From the NCBI GenBank assembly GCA_040954595.2, contig CM082576.2, forward strand, positions 418,548-482,547: a stretch of 64,000 nucleotides of DNA. Reading direction: 5' to 3'. The position numbers and the translations under genes are program-made. Positions 22,381 to 36,349 of this stretch are shown in pieces. A model generated the notes under the pieces. The model was given only the letters and a program-made list of their open reading frames with translations, had not been told where the DNA came from and did no database searches. Source of the stretch: Balanoglossus misakiensis (Eukaryota > Animalia > Hemichordata). Numbering within the stretch: the first letter of the stretch is position 1; each line of letters starts with the position of its first letter.

Positions 22381-22939
22381 ATGGCCTTTTTAAGCCCAGC
22401 CTTCTCAGGCGACCTGGCATATTTTGAGAGTCGCCACACCCGAGCTGCCTTCATTCCTTCCACCTTCTATACCCCACCGAACCTACAAAGTTTTTACAAC
22501 TCAAGCTTTACGTCGAACTTTCTCGATTTTGCCTCCTCTCTGCACGGACCGAGATATGCTGTGAGCAGCATGGACAGGAACCCAAACCATCATCAACACA
22601 AGCAACACGCTAGCACCAAAGTTACTGCGTCCACTTCGGCAACAAACAGCGGCAGTGGCAGCAGCAGCTCGGCTGGTTCCTCGTCGTCCGGCGTAGGATC
22701 AACCTCCTCGCCGTCAACGTCTCAAAGTTGCAGCAAGAGCTTTTCTATAGACAGCATTTTGGGAAGGACAGATGTCAAAGACTCAGAGAAACACACAAAC
22801 GCAGAAACGGCGCAAGAAACTGAAAAAGAGGACTCTACTCCAACACCTGCCAGTCAGGAAGACAACGCAGAAAGCAACGATCCCATGACTCGATTCTCGT
22901 GGTTACAGTGTACACGCTATAAGCCTCCTCGATTGCCAA
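22381..22939 (+). CDS. msxlx: msxlx exon 1
   Basis: ATG at 22381; A|gtaagt donor; eh1 motif and Ser-rich tract. Confidence 0.9.
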
Positions 22940-25900
22940 GTAAGTATGTTTGTTTTACATTGTGTGCTCGATAGACACTCTCCACAAAACGGAGATACTC
23001 AAGGAGTGATAATGTGCCAGATATGTTTATTTGTCTTGTTACACCTATCCATTCTAGTCATAACAGAGTATTACGATTTCAACATGACTCTAAATTTGTA
23101 CAAGGATCTTGTCAAAGCCGTCGTTTTAACTCTTTCATAGAAGCTCTTTCCCCCCAAAAAAATTTACTTCTGCGCCTGTGTGTTTTCTTGTTCTGACGAC
23201 TCTTTCGCAATCAAAAAGGAGTGAAAAATCGAATTTACATTTTCTCGGTAAGTAGAAAAAATCTGTAAATGCGTCCACCCCCACCCTCCAATTCGGCATT
23301 GAAATCGCCACACGAAGTCACTTGAAGGAAACATCGATCTCATGCTGGGGCAGTTTTTCGCTTAATTAGCAAGTTTATTGTCAACGAGACCAGTTTTCAA
23401 TCGATAAGAAAACGGAGCCTAATTCAATTAAATTCAGCCGAACGATATGGAAATCTAGTCTAGAGAATTGACACCAACTTCCAATACAACAACATGTATA
23501 TTTGCTGTTTCGAAAAAAATGCGAGTAAACTAACAAGTTATTGGCAAATAACCAAAGAAGTGTAGGAAGAGGTCGCTGCAGCGCAAGGAGTTTTCAACAA
23601 TTTGTGATCTGAACAAAAAGGCATACATTCAACATGACAAATTAATAATTTGCAGTGGCCCAACGGGTGAGATTTATTGATAGCAAACTGATATATATTT
23701 AACATTTTGGCCGTGGCGTGAAACTCGAAGGTTTTCTCTCGTTAGTAAATACGAGACGAAAGAAGGCAAGTTGAAACGCACGTAGATCCATTGTCTGGCA
23801 ATGTATGCAGTTTGGGCAAAGTGACACTGATCATCACGTTTGTTTGAATTTATTTCATGTTTGATAATTATATTATAATATCATCGTTGATATTCGTACT
23901 TTAGTAACAGACGTCAGGGTTTCACTTTGGTGATGATAATGTATAAGTTGATATTTATCTGCACAGAGTATTGAAGCCAGAACAGTTTTTTTAACTAAGA
24001 TAACTAAAATTAGATTTTATGAAATATTACACTTTTGCTATTTCGGCCAATTTCCCTATAAAAAATAGGGCTCATGTATTATTTGAAATTATCTGTAGGC
24101 ATGTTTTGATATTTTAATTTCTGTTAGAGATACTGCTAAAATGAGGTAGCGGCAGTCATTTATGAACATAATTTGACGCGACCAAATCCGTATTATTTTG
24201 TCCGGTCACCACGTATATACACAGGCCATAAAATGTCACGACCAACGCGAACTTAAAATCGACTCTCACTCGAACAGATTTCGTCGTTTCAACGTCTTGT
24301 GGTGTTTGAACGCCACATTTTTACTCGTTTCTTTGTTTACTACTCACCATAGCCCAATAGCCAGGTATTTGCGAAATTCATGAAGGAATAATATGAGTAG
24401 CGTTAACAGAGGCAAACAAGAATAATGCAAACGTGTCGCGTGATACTGTTTGCGCTCTACACAGAATGTTATTTCCAAACAACGTCGTTATGCTTTCCGG
24501 AAGGATGAATGTCTTTTGTTGGCGAGTATTTCTCAGGTTGTCTTTCTTTCTTCCTTTATTTGTTGTAAGACAACAAACTCTTGCCTTTACAAGAGGAGGA
24601 TAAGCAGCTTGATAAATCAACTAAATACCCTCCAGAAAGACCAGATAAGGGGCTTTCGAGAAAACTATTCTCTTTACCAGTAGAGAGGATTTTAAAGAAC
24701 GATTTTCAGCGGTGTACGAAGAGGTGTTTTATAAACAAGGTTATTAAACGAAACTCTCGCTGTATATTCTTGGTGACGTTAAGATCTCGTTTCACCCGAC
24801 GTTTCCCTCTCTTGTCGTGTAATAGGAGTAAAGAAGAAGGACGGGGCGAAGAAACGCAAGCTTGGCCGCAACCCACGGGTGCCCTTCTCGGCAGCTCAAG
24901 TCGCCATGTTGGAACAGAAATTCCGAAGAACTCATTATCTCAGCAGTGTCGACGTAGCAGAACTTTCTGCCGCACTAAACCTCAGTGAAAACAGGGTGAG
25001 TTTTATGCAGACAGACAATTTTTTCCACTTGCTGTTATTTGCTTTGCAAATGGGTGCGTCAAGCTTGGGAGATCCGTTCATCGTAGTCTACACAGAATGC
25101 AACGAAAATGTTACGTGATTATGTGAAACTGACCCATGCTCGTATTCAACCATTGATGCAAGTAAACACATTGATATACGAGGAAAGTTCCGAAAGTTTC
25201 ACGAAATGTCAAACTCGCGAAAAAACGGCAAATCGTTGTCCCGTTGTTCTGCTACAGAGTACGTAAGTCATTGTGTGCCGGGTGGGCTGTGTAGTCAGTG
25301 GTGGCCCTCAGTGTTTTTCTTCGCCCACCTGTTGAAGTGGCGAAGAAAATATAGAACTCATACATATTATGCGAAAGAAACTGACAAAACTTAGTGAATT
25401 ACATACATTTCAGAAGCAAACATGTTTACAAAGCTTATACTAAGTATTTCTGTAAATTCCGATTGCCTGTCAGACATAAATGATGCCAATGGTAACACCT
25501 ACATTCATCAAATAAGTATCAGATGTTACTTTTCTGTCAGAAAAGTTTTCAAAGTTAAACCACTCAACAGAAAAGGCGCTCAAACGAATAGGCACCCTGG
25601 GTTTGAAAAATTCCATCGACATAAATTCGACTGTAAAAGTCCATCAAACAGGCTACCGTTTCTCCAAGTTTATACCCCTATGTCCTTCGTCATCAGATTG
25701 AAGTAGTTTAAAGTTTTTATAACGTGTCCAATTTGTACAATCATGTAAGTCAATAAAAAATAATTGTATACCCATATATACCCCACAAGTTCAACTTCTG
25801 CCAATTTTTATGTTTTCTACAACTGGGAAATCATTGAAATGTTTGGATTGAAGTGAACGGCGCCCCTAAGTTTGCTGCACGTGAGGGGAATTATCGCGGT

Positions 25901-27146
25901 GTGCCGCTTGGAGTTTTCGACAACTGAACGATGCACATAAAGTAATTTTCTCGATGTAAATTTCATAGTCTCTCCCACCCCGCCACACACGCGTCCACTT
26001 CGCTTATTTATTTTACATTTACGATTTTTTCTGTGAAGCGATGCAATTGATGTGCTTTTGTGACGCGCCTAGGATTATTATACAAGTCATCCGGGAACAC
26101 TGTCAGGTGCCAAACAAACGCGCGGACTTTATATTTCATCACAGTAATAAAACATCAATTACCATCTTCATGTAAAGATAAATCGATGTATTTTCAAACC
26201 CGTATTAAACGGGCAAAGTCGGATAGTATTTGTTTTGTTCATCGAAATAAACTCAATGTCTAATTGTCACAGCTCAACTTGAACCCTGTGTATGATCATA
26301 AAATCTGAGTATTATAAAGAAACGATTTTGGGGATCGACCAAATATTAAATGATCACAGGATTCGTGTGTCATCCACATACACGATGTGGCGAATTGTGA
26401 TAACCCGTCACTGAGCATATTTCAAGCAGGAGCTATAAAACGATTCTAAAATAATCAAACTGAAGTCATAAATGAGCGACTTTGTCCCTTTAAAGAATGT
26501 AACAGGTTGCAGTCATCAGAAGGTGAACTATTTTATCCTGTGTCATCCTTTAACCTGGAGCAACTTGAAATAAATGCAAACGTTTCGATCTAAATCTTGG
26601 TTTCTTATCAAATTTAACGGCCATGTTTTAATGAAACTCATCTCACGTACGTTCTTCTGTCACGTTTATATCATCATCTCGTGTCACTGTAGTTTATGAT
26701 ACTGTATCCGTGTCTTCTCTTGTCAACATTTTGAATATATATCATATTTGTAAAATATGTCATAAAATTGAAATCCAATGATACCACAATTCAACAGATG
26801 GTTTTTAAGTTACTGCATGTCGGCTATTTACAAAATGAGTAATTTTCTGTAGTTGGTGTGTTTGTTTTTGAATTTGTATCAGTGTCACTTTTGTCATATT
26901 TGGTCAAGCTGTGCACCCTGCGTATTTTTTATTGTAATGCTTTTTATGTATTTTTCTCCCCAGGTGAAGATTTGGTTTCAAAACCGACGAGCCCGGGAAC
27001 GTCGTGACCGAGAAAACATGGAAAAATCCGGAGTCCGTGGAATCGCGTGGACGGGGCCTGGCACGAGTGGGAACCCCGCCGCGCAGTTTTCCCAGGCCGT
27101 TCAGGAAGGGACGTCGGCGTTCACTCCCGTTTCGTACAGCTACTAG
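22381..27146 (+). CDS. msxlx: Msxlx (Msx-like) NK-class homeobox transcription factor, ~303 aa: join(22381-22939,24826-24995,26964-27146)
   Basis: Exon 1 has eh1 motif SFSIDSILG and WLQCTRYKPPRLP. Exons 2-3 give homeodomain KRKLGRNPRVPFSAAQVAMLEQKFRRTHYLSSVDVAELSAALNLSENRVKIWFQNRRARERRD. C-terminal SAF motif. GT/AG junctions in phase (912 nt total). PRVPF and RRARERR are Msxlx-family features. Confidence 0.9.
24826..24995 (+). CDS. msxlx: msxlx exon 2 (homeodomain N-terminal arm to start of helix 3)
   Basis: aatag acceptor, AGG|gtgagt donor. Confidence 0.95.
26964..27146 (+). CDS. msxlx: msxlx exon 3 (VKIWFQNRR... to stop TAG)
   Basis: tttttctccccag acceptor; intron at the classic homeodomain codon 44/45 position. 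Confidence 0.95.
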   Translation: MKIWFQNRRARERRDRENMEKSGVRGIAWTGPGTSGNPAAQFSQAVQEGTSAFTPVSYSY

Positions 27147-27755
27147 GTTCGGAAAGCGAAAAGCGTTGGTCAAGAGGCTAGCTTTCGGAGACATTGGGGT
27201 TTAAAACAGGAGGACCTGCTATACTCCAATATTGATTAAGTTATGTTATTTGTGAGCACTGCATACCCCGAACTTGTGTGGTGTACATCTGGCCGCCACT
27301 CAAGCAGCACACAAACGACAAGGCAGCTTTGTGAACTGAGTTTCACCATTTAACGACAGCCCCTCCATTTAGATATTAACCTGCACTTTGCGTTTAAAAC
27401 CCTCCGCTTGCGGCAATGTAGACTGAATTCGTATTCCAATCTTTTGTTTGCTCAGTGTTTGGCTTATTTTCCCAGCTGGAATTTCACCGAAAAACAAAAA
27501 AGCTGAACCGGCTTTCATTTTTTGCTGTTCACAGTGACATTGTTGTATAAATGTGCTGAGTGAAATTTAATGGCAAATGTATATTGCGTTTATATTATTT
27601 ACGTATTAATTATAATATTGATTGACGTGACTGTGTATCGTTTTCCCACCAATCGCCCGACTACATCGACAGAGTCAGCAACACTTTACAAAGAAACTGT
27701 AGTTACCGTATAGTCAGCCGTTTTTATCGATAATCATCAATTTTATACATATCAA

Positions 27756-27761
27756 AATAAA
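27756..27761 (+). terminator. Candidate polyadenylation signal (AATAAA) for msxlx
   Basis: AATAAA following an AU-rich 3' UTR-like stretch ~610 nt after the stop. Confidence 0.5.
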
Positions 27762-30700
27762 TCTCAAATGAATTTGAAATCTGTGTTTCTAATTTTCGTT
27801 GCTGTAAAAGTGATGTACATGTATTCATGTCTCACTTGCCCAATGATTTGTGGTTGTTCATTCATCTTTGGTGTTAGGAGTACTAATCTGCCTGAAAGAA
27901 AATTGGGTACTTCCTTCCCTTCCTTCGTACGCCCTGTTAAACTGAAGATACTACAGCGTGAAGGTTCTCCGTCATCAAATGAGAACCTGTGATTGCGTGT
28001 GTACTTTGGGCAGCTGCAAGACACCATATCCAAAGATTACGATTTTGATCTTGACCCGTGTTAGATTCTGTCCAAAGCTAAATGTTTACAACAAGAGCGG
28101 AGAGATAGCTTACGGACAAGATGTTGTTTAATTTGATGACATACCAAATTGTTCATCGTTTCACACACACACACCCTCAAAGAGCAAGAGCCAAAATCCT
28201 TCAATGACAGAAATGAAACAAAGCCTCGAGATAACGATTATACTGTTTTGACGCCTTGTTCGGGATCGAACCAAATTAGACTCAATAAGTTGAAACGCTG
28301 TTAGCCTACTTACTTCGAGAAGGTGTGTGTACACGGGAAACTGTTTACGTGATAGGCGCATGTTTAATAAACTTTAAGTTCAATTAAATCAACGTAATAA
28401 ATAAAATAGGCCTCAGTTTTCTTACTAAGATACCATCACCTTTGAGGTACAAGGAATAAATGCAGGATTGGCGAAATTTGCGTTTTTAGAAGCATTCTGC
28501 TGGAAATTTACAATCGATAAAAATGCAATTTTACCATGGACTTGATATAAGTAAATATTGCACCCAGAAGCAGTCCGGTCGTTTTTCTGTCAATGTCTTC
28601 TGTAGTAATATATACGTAATTACTCCTTATACTCCTTATGGTGGTTTTTAAAACGTAAAAAACACTAGGAACCGTCGACATTATAAAAATTGCCAGTTTC
28701 TATCGCACTAACATGCTAAGCTGGAAGCAAAACCTGAATGCTAATACTAAGCAAGAAACGTTTGTATGCGTATGCACGCGATGAATCTTTCCAATCACCA
28801 GCAATAGGCGAGTATGTTCAATGTGTGCCGTCTGACAAAGGATAAATTAAAAAAAATATTCATTCTCCTTACAATGCTAACGTTAGACTTAGTATATAGT
28901 ACGGTTTCCTGCGATCAGATGAAAAAACCCGTTCTTTGACACAGTGCAATGTACTTCAGTGTGGAGATGGTATCGTGGATCGCTCATAAATTGATGTAAT
29001 GGTTAATTTTGAAGGCATTTTGAGCTAAGCACGGAATTGGAGAAATTGTTATATTCTGTATAGATTGCAGTAATATCTGCAGAGTTGAAAAGAAACGAGG
29101 ATAATGATTTCTTTGAGCTCAGAGTCGCTTAGCTGAACGACGGCACTAAGAACAGCAATCCTTTTCCCTTTCTGGTCTTTTAATTTCCAAATTCATGTGA
29201 CTCATAAATATCTCATTTAACAGATTAAAGCCCATCGACAAGTAGCACACCGTTTTCGCCTTTTTAATTTCAGCTCCCACGAGTGTTTGACTTGGAGTAT
29301 GGTAACATTCTGCAGTGATGTAAAAACATTAACTTCAAATGTTTGCCGTATACGATACATATTGATAGCGGGTCTTCAAAGGCAAATATCAAACAACTAC
29401 ATGGTTCTGAGAGTAAAATACCCATGTATATGATGGAATCGACACAATAAAAACTGAACTATATTTTGAAGTACAGTACACCGTATAAACCAACCAAGCA
29501 ATTTGCAAATGGGTTTTACATTGAAATCCCGTGAATAGAAATGGATTAACTACGTATATACGGCATGTGCGTGCCTTCAAGTTGCCCGCACCCGACAATA
29601 TTCATAGCGAGTTTTGCCTGCCAACTTGATTTGGCAGACTCCGCTTCTCATCGCGTTCTTGGGGCAATGCTGGAGGAAAATACAAGATCTCATATGAGGA
29701 AATGTCGGGATTGACTCTGCTATAGGTGTCATTTGGAAATTAAAGCACAAGTTCTCGCGTTATCAATACTGCAACATCCTCAGGGGATTTGGTTTTCCTT
29801 TTTTCACTTTCCATCGAGTTTGTAGAGAAAGCAAGGCGTTCATCAACGTCGGTAACCTACCATACTAACAGACACTAATCACGAATTTTAATCCACAGAT
29901 TGAGGTGTTTTGCCGAAGAAGAAAATGTATTACTGAAATGAGCTTTATTGTTCGTAAATCACCTTGAAACGCCTTGCAATGTATTACATGTCTTCAGGGG
30001 AACTCCTGTGCAGGGGTGTTTGTTGCGGTTCCGCAGTACAAGAAATCAAACATGTAGTAGCATCACGTTAAATCTCCATAACTATTCTTTTTCGTCCACT
30101 ACGTCTTTGTCCGAAAACCGTATAACTTCTCTGTCCCTTTGTCTCTCTTTGTCTGTGTGTCTGTGTGTGCGTCTCAGTGTGTGTCTGTGTGTGTGTCTCT
30201 CTCTCTCCAAAGTTAAGAGAGTAATTTCTATATACATTTCTTCAACATTTCCTCCCATCTGACTGGCCTATCTTAAGTGTGTCGCTCAAGAGTGTTCCCT
30301 ATTCATATTTTAGCAATACTTTGAGATCTTTAAACAAAGTAACACAATTATCTCCGCGTTTAATGTTGTATTATCATTTGCTTATTGTTGAACAGGTACA
30401 TGCCAAAAATAACCCTCAATTCATTACGATGCGGCTTCTTCGTTGGAAGTCCTCCCCAGCAAGATGATTAGACCATACCTCGCTCTAACTCAAAACGCTG
30501 TTATGATTTTTTGTATTAGGATATGGTTGAATGAAAATCTTTTCTTTCAAACCACAGCGGTATTTTGCCGAACTCAAAACAGAACACAAACACACTCTTT
30601 TTAATTAATCCATTCCGTTCGCTACGGAACACTCCTGGCAATCACCTTTTTCTTTCTCTATGTTGTGTCTTGGCAAAATATCGATAGGCTACGTCGATAA

Positions 30701-33000
30701 AGTACATGCAGTAAATTAACCCAATTCTTTTTACTACGGAACAGCCGGTTTCGAGCAGAAGAGAGCGTGTGAATTTGAGAAGTGGTGGCTGTTTGCGAAG
30801 TACTGATTAAAGTTTCCTACGTATAGCCCGACTTTAAAGAATCGCGTTCTGTTTTCTCCAATTATCTTAAGACCCTAGTATACAATAATACTAAAAGCCG
30901 CGTCAATAAGTCTCTTTTGCCTCCAAACAATGGAGCCATTAGACATCGGACTGGGGCACTGACGACACATGAAGAAAACATACAACGCAGAAATCTTCGT
31001 TATATATCGTTCAGAACAATTCTTTATCGGCAACAGTTTGTAATATTTGTTTGTATTCGCAACATCCCCCCAAAATTTTGGGTTTAGGTTTACTACATGA
31101 CATTTGCTCGGTTTGGAACCTCTCCAGCGAAATTCGCTAATAGCCTGGCGACAGAGGAATCGACCATTTGTTTGACTGATTTGTAACAAAGGCCGATAGA
31201 CGATTAAGTCATTAGGCTTACACGATTACTTGTATTTGACAAGGCCAGCAAAACAACAAACGTCGTTGACGAGTGACGTATCCATCTACAGCTGCGCCCA
31301 AGCCCCCTTACAACAAGCAGTCAGCGCCGTCCAAGCCCCCCCCCCCCCCTCCCGGAGCCTTCGTATTTGCATCGGCTACTATTTATTCAACGTTTATTCA
31401 AACCCCTTTGGTTTTTTTCTATTTAATCAGGGATTTCTTCCTAAACACTGTCTTATTTGTTCTCTGTCATTCGGAAGACAAGGAGTTTCGGCGCGTCATG
31501 AATACGATCAGCTACTTCGAATTCCCAATTAATTGAAGCACCACACGCTTGGTTAACGCGGCAGTTTCAGTTCTTTGTTCGGGTCGCTGGTTTGTTGATA
31601 AATCCGCTTTCAACAATTGCTTCAGTGATTGTTGCTGTGACTCTTGTTGTTTCTGGTATTGTTATGGTTTTGTTGATGTTGTCATGTCTGTGATATGAAT
31701 TTTTGTAACAGTACATGTATTTGGAGAACAGTAGACTTTGACCAACCGACAGCAACCAAATTTACTACAAATCTTCACATAGACTTCTGCAGACCAGAGT
31801 ACAAATATGACGTCAACAAAAACGAAAAGTATCGCGCGATCAGATTTTGTTGTCTGTAAACAGTCTCATCTGATCACTCCAGCAACTGAAACGCGTCGAA
31901 ATGCTCAAACTTGAACGTGGATTTTTGTGCGACTAGTTCTTGAAACACATATAGCTAAGTTTACCGAGAGTGAATACAATCTAAGTAATTGATATTTGTG
32001 AGAGAAGTAGTAAGTTACGTACGAGCAGTTCAACCATTTGTGACCTTGGTCGAAACAAAAATACATGACCAGAGTACTATCTTTTTTTTCATATGGCAAA
32101 TGACAGACGGGTTTACAATAAATGAGAATTTTGATTTTTAGGGTGAATTTGAAAATTGTGTGAAACGATGTCAACTCTTGGCCATTTCGTGATGAAATAA
32201 AAACAAAAGAACTTTCTCATGAAGGCTTCTGGTAGATATTAGCGCCCCCTAGCGATCGTGTATGAACCACAGTGTGACCCTCTCAGTTGGCAAGGATTTT
32301 GTCCGTGACCTGCAGCGCCATGCACCAGCCCTTCATGATCATGACTTCAAGGCATAGAGGGCAGTGTTTACTTGGAGCGGTATCGTCATCAGCAGACCTG
32401 TGTGTTGTTGACCTGAGGAAAGACTTGAAAAGTTTCGTGAATGATTAAAATCTATTCATAGAGTGACTTTTGCAAAATTACTATAATCATGTTTGCAAAA
32501 CACTAACAGTTGATCTCACTATTATTTTTAGCATGGATTCCTTTTCAATCTCAGACTGATGCAAAAATTGAATGTGTATGTGAGTAAAAACCAGAATTTT
32601 CATCTTGGTTTGAGGGCACTATTCGGATTGTTTTGAAAATAGATGCACCAATATCTGTAGATTTGTTTGTGCTCATATTTGGATTTTTAAAAAATTACAT
32701 GTTCAACTTCTTTTCCCTGTAATAAATCATATTTACACTAGTAAAATCGGCAGTTCTCTTTTTGGAGGATGGTGTGGCCCTGAAAAGGGCCGTTTTGTTT
32801 GTGTTCCTCGGAACATCTTTACTTTTTGGATTGGGATTTATTTGGCAAGAGTACTGCTTGGATGTTAGGCATTCCTCCGCCCTGAGCAATGGTCACACCA
32901 CCCAGAAGTCTATGAAGTTCTTCATCATTACGAACGGCTAGCTGCAAGTGGCGGGGATTAATTCTGGTCCGCTTGTTGTCACGGGCGGCGTTTCCGGCCA

Positions 33001-33662
33001 GCAGGTACTAGGTAGATACCCGCTACACCATAAGACAGCTAGCCCGGAGACCAGCACAGAATTCTGTGCGTAGAACGACACGGGTTGTAAATCTTGCTTG
33101 TAAGCTAATTGGTCACTCAATGTAAGCCAAATGACATCATCGCATTCTAAATTAGGAAATAGAGGTGTGAAATTCCCGCGACGGGGTGTGGGAGTCGTTT
33201 TGAAGGTGCATGAATATTCAAAACCAAGCTTTGTTAATTATATCATCCAACCACTGGCGCCCGTCAACATTTGATAGATCACTCGTTATCCATTCGTTAC
33301 TAAGCGACCCTGATCGTTGCCAGGGCTACTATCTTTCAGCTCTGCAGGACATTTCTAGACTGTCCCCGGGCGTTGTATTCTAGATCTATCGAATGTTGAC
33401 AGGCGCCAGTGGTTGGATGATATAATAAACAAAGCTTGGGTATGAATATTCATGCGCCTTCAAAACGACTCCCACACCCCGTCGCGGGAATTTCACACCT
33501 CTATTTCCTAATTTAGAATGCGATGATGTCATTTGGCTTACATTGAGTGACCAATTAGCTTACAAGCAAGATTTACCACCCGTGTCGTTCTACGCACAGA
33601 ATTCTGTGCTGGTCTCCGGGCTAGCTGTCTTATGGTGTAGCGGGTATCTACCTAGTACCTGC
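33001..33662. mobile_element. Foldback/MITE-like element: 280-bp inverted arms (33001-33280, 33383-33662) around a 102-bp spacer
   Basis: GCAGGTACTAGGTAGATACCCGCTACACC... is the reverse complement of ...GGTGTAGCGGGTATCTACCTAGTACCTGC with only a handful of mismatches; mirror-image ORFs at 32938-33120(-) and 33543-33740(+). No coding capacity. Confidence 0.85.
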
Positions 33663-35364
33663 ATTGCATTTTTATTAGGCCCATATGTTATGCATTTACC
33701 AGTACATGCAGTGCATCTGATTTCCTTGAATAAATATTGATATATTAACAAAAAGGCCGTAACATTTTGAGAAAAACTAAAACATTATTTACTCGGTAGC
33801 TGAAGGTGCTGTACGAGTTGGCGATTTTTTGTCCCACATATGCACACGAGTCGCAGGTCAGCATTTTTGACGCTGGTCACGTGATGTGACATGAGACGCG
33901 CCAGAGCAACGTTTTCGCTGCTGATTGGTTGGAGCCACCTGGACCACCTCCACTTGGAAATTTCCGTCCAGCCTTCCGTGCATTTTCATAAGAGAGTCAG
34001 ACGGCCAGGCTGCTGCACGGACCACGAGAAGATGCGGAGAACTCTGCCCCCCAAAACAGAGTTTCTCCGCTAGATAGTTTTCATGACGACAGCGGTAAGT
34101 AAAGTAATAGAAGTAGACACAGTTACTCAATTTTGACCAGAAACATGGGTTATTCTGTGGCGAGTTACGGAAAAATAAAAAGCCAGACGTTTACTCCACA
34201 TAATTGAAAATTGGATACGTCACAGTCAGGCAGCTCGAGTCAGCGCTTTCATGCGTTTTAATTCACAAATACCGCCCGAAACTTTCGCGTTACTCAACTT
34301 GAGACGGGTTTATCAAATTAAGACAAGTCGGTGTTATAGCTCTACTGGTGGGCGGCAGTTTTTTTTTAAACAAGGTAGTTTTTCGGGAAAGGGGTGGGGG
34401 CTACGATGAATTGGCAGCGGGTTCACGTGTAGTCAGCGTGTTTTCGAGTGAGCGAATGCAAATTTTGTATTATACTACCGGACAATGGCGAAAATAACTT
34501 GAAGCTTGGAAACTTCATCATGTTCATTCGAATCAGTTATTTTCGTGTGTCTGTGTAGGCTTTGCCAAAAACAATATTTTTTGTCGGAGTTTAAAATGTT
34601 CCGCTTCGCTGTAGGCCTAAACTTGAAAATATGTAAATGTACATAGTGCCATGCTGGTGTTTTTAGGCTACGTGTCTGTCAACGAAGCCCTAAACATACA
34701 TTGTGTATATTGTCGAGTCGTGTATGATGTACAAATGCGAATGAACAACAGTTTAGCGTACGGTGATCACGTTTGATATTGTGTTTCCTGTTCATGGATA
34801 GGCATTCAATTTGTTTCCTTATTTTTTGCAGATGCCCAGATGAACTGATGTTGTACGTTCTGCGTGGATGCTATGATGTTATCAAGCATGATGTACGAGT
34901 AAGCGGTATTAGCCAAATTTTGGGCAATTTTTAAGAACTTTCAACGATTCTGACTGGTGCCGGTAGCCAGTTCAGCGAACCGATTTTGCACAAATCTGAA
35001 GAATGCAACAATGCGGATGCTATATGTGGATGTCATTAATGTTTTAGAACCAACATGACTACATGCTCGGTGCATGGGTCATTTTTGTTACGGCACCAAC
35101 AAGTTCATCGACTTTGTATGCTTCGAAAGGTGCTCGTTGTTGTGAATGTGTGTGTGCATGAGTGTACGGTAAGTTGTACGGTATATTTGGGCCATGCAGC
35201 TAGACTACAATGAGGTGAGCGTTTGTATGTTCCATGGCTGAATGAAAACCAGTGGATGAAGTTTCATAACAAGTAAGTTATATAGACATAAATAAAATCC
35301 CCGGTGCGGGTGGGTCCCATCCCTTAGACTGTTGGTTTAATATAATTAATACGCGTTTTTTTTC

Positions 35365-36153
35365 AGATATATAATCTTTCGCGTATATAGTTACTGCAGC
35401 TTTTTTTAGATATGTTATCTTTCATCATTATTCAATAAAAAAATATTAAAAACATACACGCACTCATAATACTGGGAGTGGTTTATTTCCGTACCGATCA
35501 TCTTCCCTTCACGTATATAGTTAATGCAGGTTTTTTAGATATGTTATCTTTCGTCATTATTCAATAAAAAAATATTAAAAACATACACGCACTCATAATT
35601 CTGGGAGTGGTTTATTTCCGTACCGATCATCTTCTCCCTCACGTATATAGTTAATACAGGTTTTTTAGATATGTTATCTTTCGTCATTATTCAATAAAAA
35701 AAAATATTAAAAACATACGTGTATTGATAAAAATGAGAGTGGTTTATTTCCGTACCGATCATCTTCCCCTCACGTATATAGTTAATACAGGTTTTTAGAT
35801 ATGTTATCTTTCGTCATTATTCAATAAAAAAAAATATTAAAAACATACGTGTATTGATAAAAATGAGAGTGGTTTATTTCCGTACCGATCATCTTCCCCT
35901 CACGTATATAGTTAATGCAGCTTTTTTTAGATATGTTATCTTTCGTCATTATTCAATAAAAAATATTAAAAACATACACGCACTCATAAAACTTGGAGTG
36001 GTTTATTTCCGTACCGATCATCTTCCCCTCACGTATATAGTTAATAGTCTTTTTTAGATATGTTATCTTTCGTCATTATTCAATAAAAAAATATTAAAAA
36101 CATACGTGTATTGATAAAACTGAGAGTGGTTTATTTCCGTACCGATCATCTTC
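35365..36153. repeat. AT-rich minisatellite, ~130-bp unit, ~6 copies
   Basis: CGTATATAGTT...GTGGTTTATTTCCGTACCGATCATCTTC recurs near 35382, 35511, 35641, 35771, 35901 and 36030. Confidence 0.93.
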
Positions 36154-36349
36154 GCTTGTGTGTATGTCTCTGTTAGTCTGTTTTTTTTTTATGGTAAATA
36201 AGGTATTTACTTTCCAGACATTAACTTTATTTGCTTGTTTTGCAGATGCAGAGACCAGAGTTTTTTCGCCATGCAGCGGTATAGCTGGGTGAGGTAAGGG
36301 CAGGTATCTTCCATGGCTGAACGATCATGAATATTGCAGACACTCACTC

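Noticed and set aside
24826-27146. Calling the homeobox gene Msx proper
   Set aside because: It lacks Msx diagnostics (RKPRTPFT, KQYLSIAERAEFS, RRAKAKR); the sequence fits the Msxlx family.
28250-28320. tRNA/SINE head on the minus strand (GGTTCGATCCC B-box); also GGTTCAAATCC at 14606
   Set aside because: No convincing A-box or cloverleaf; at most a decayed SINE remnant.
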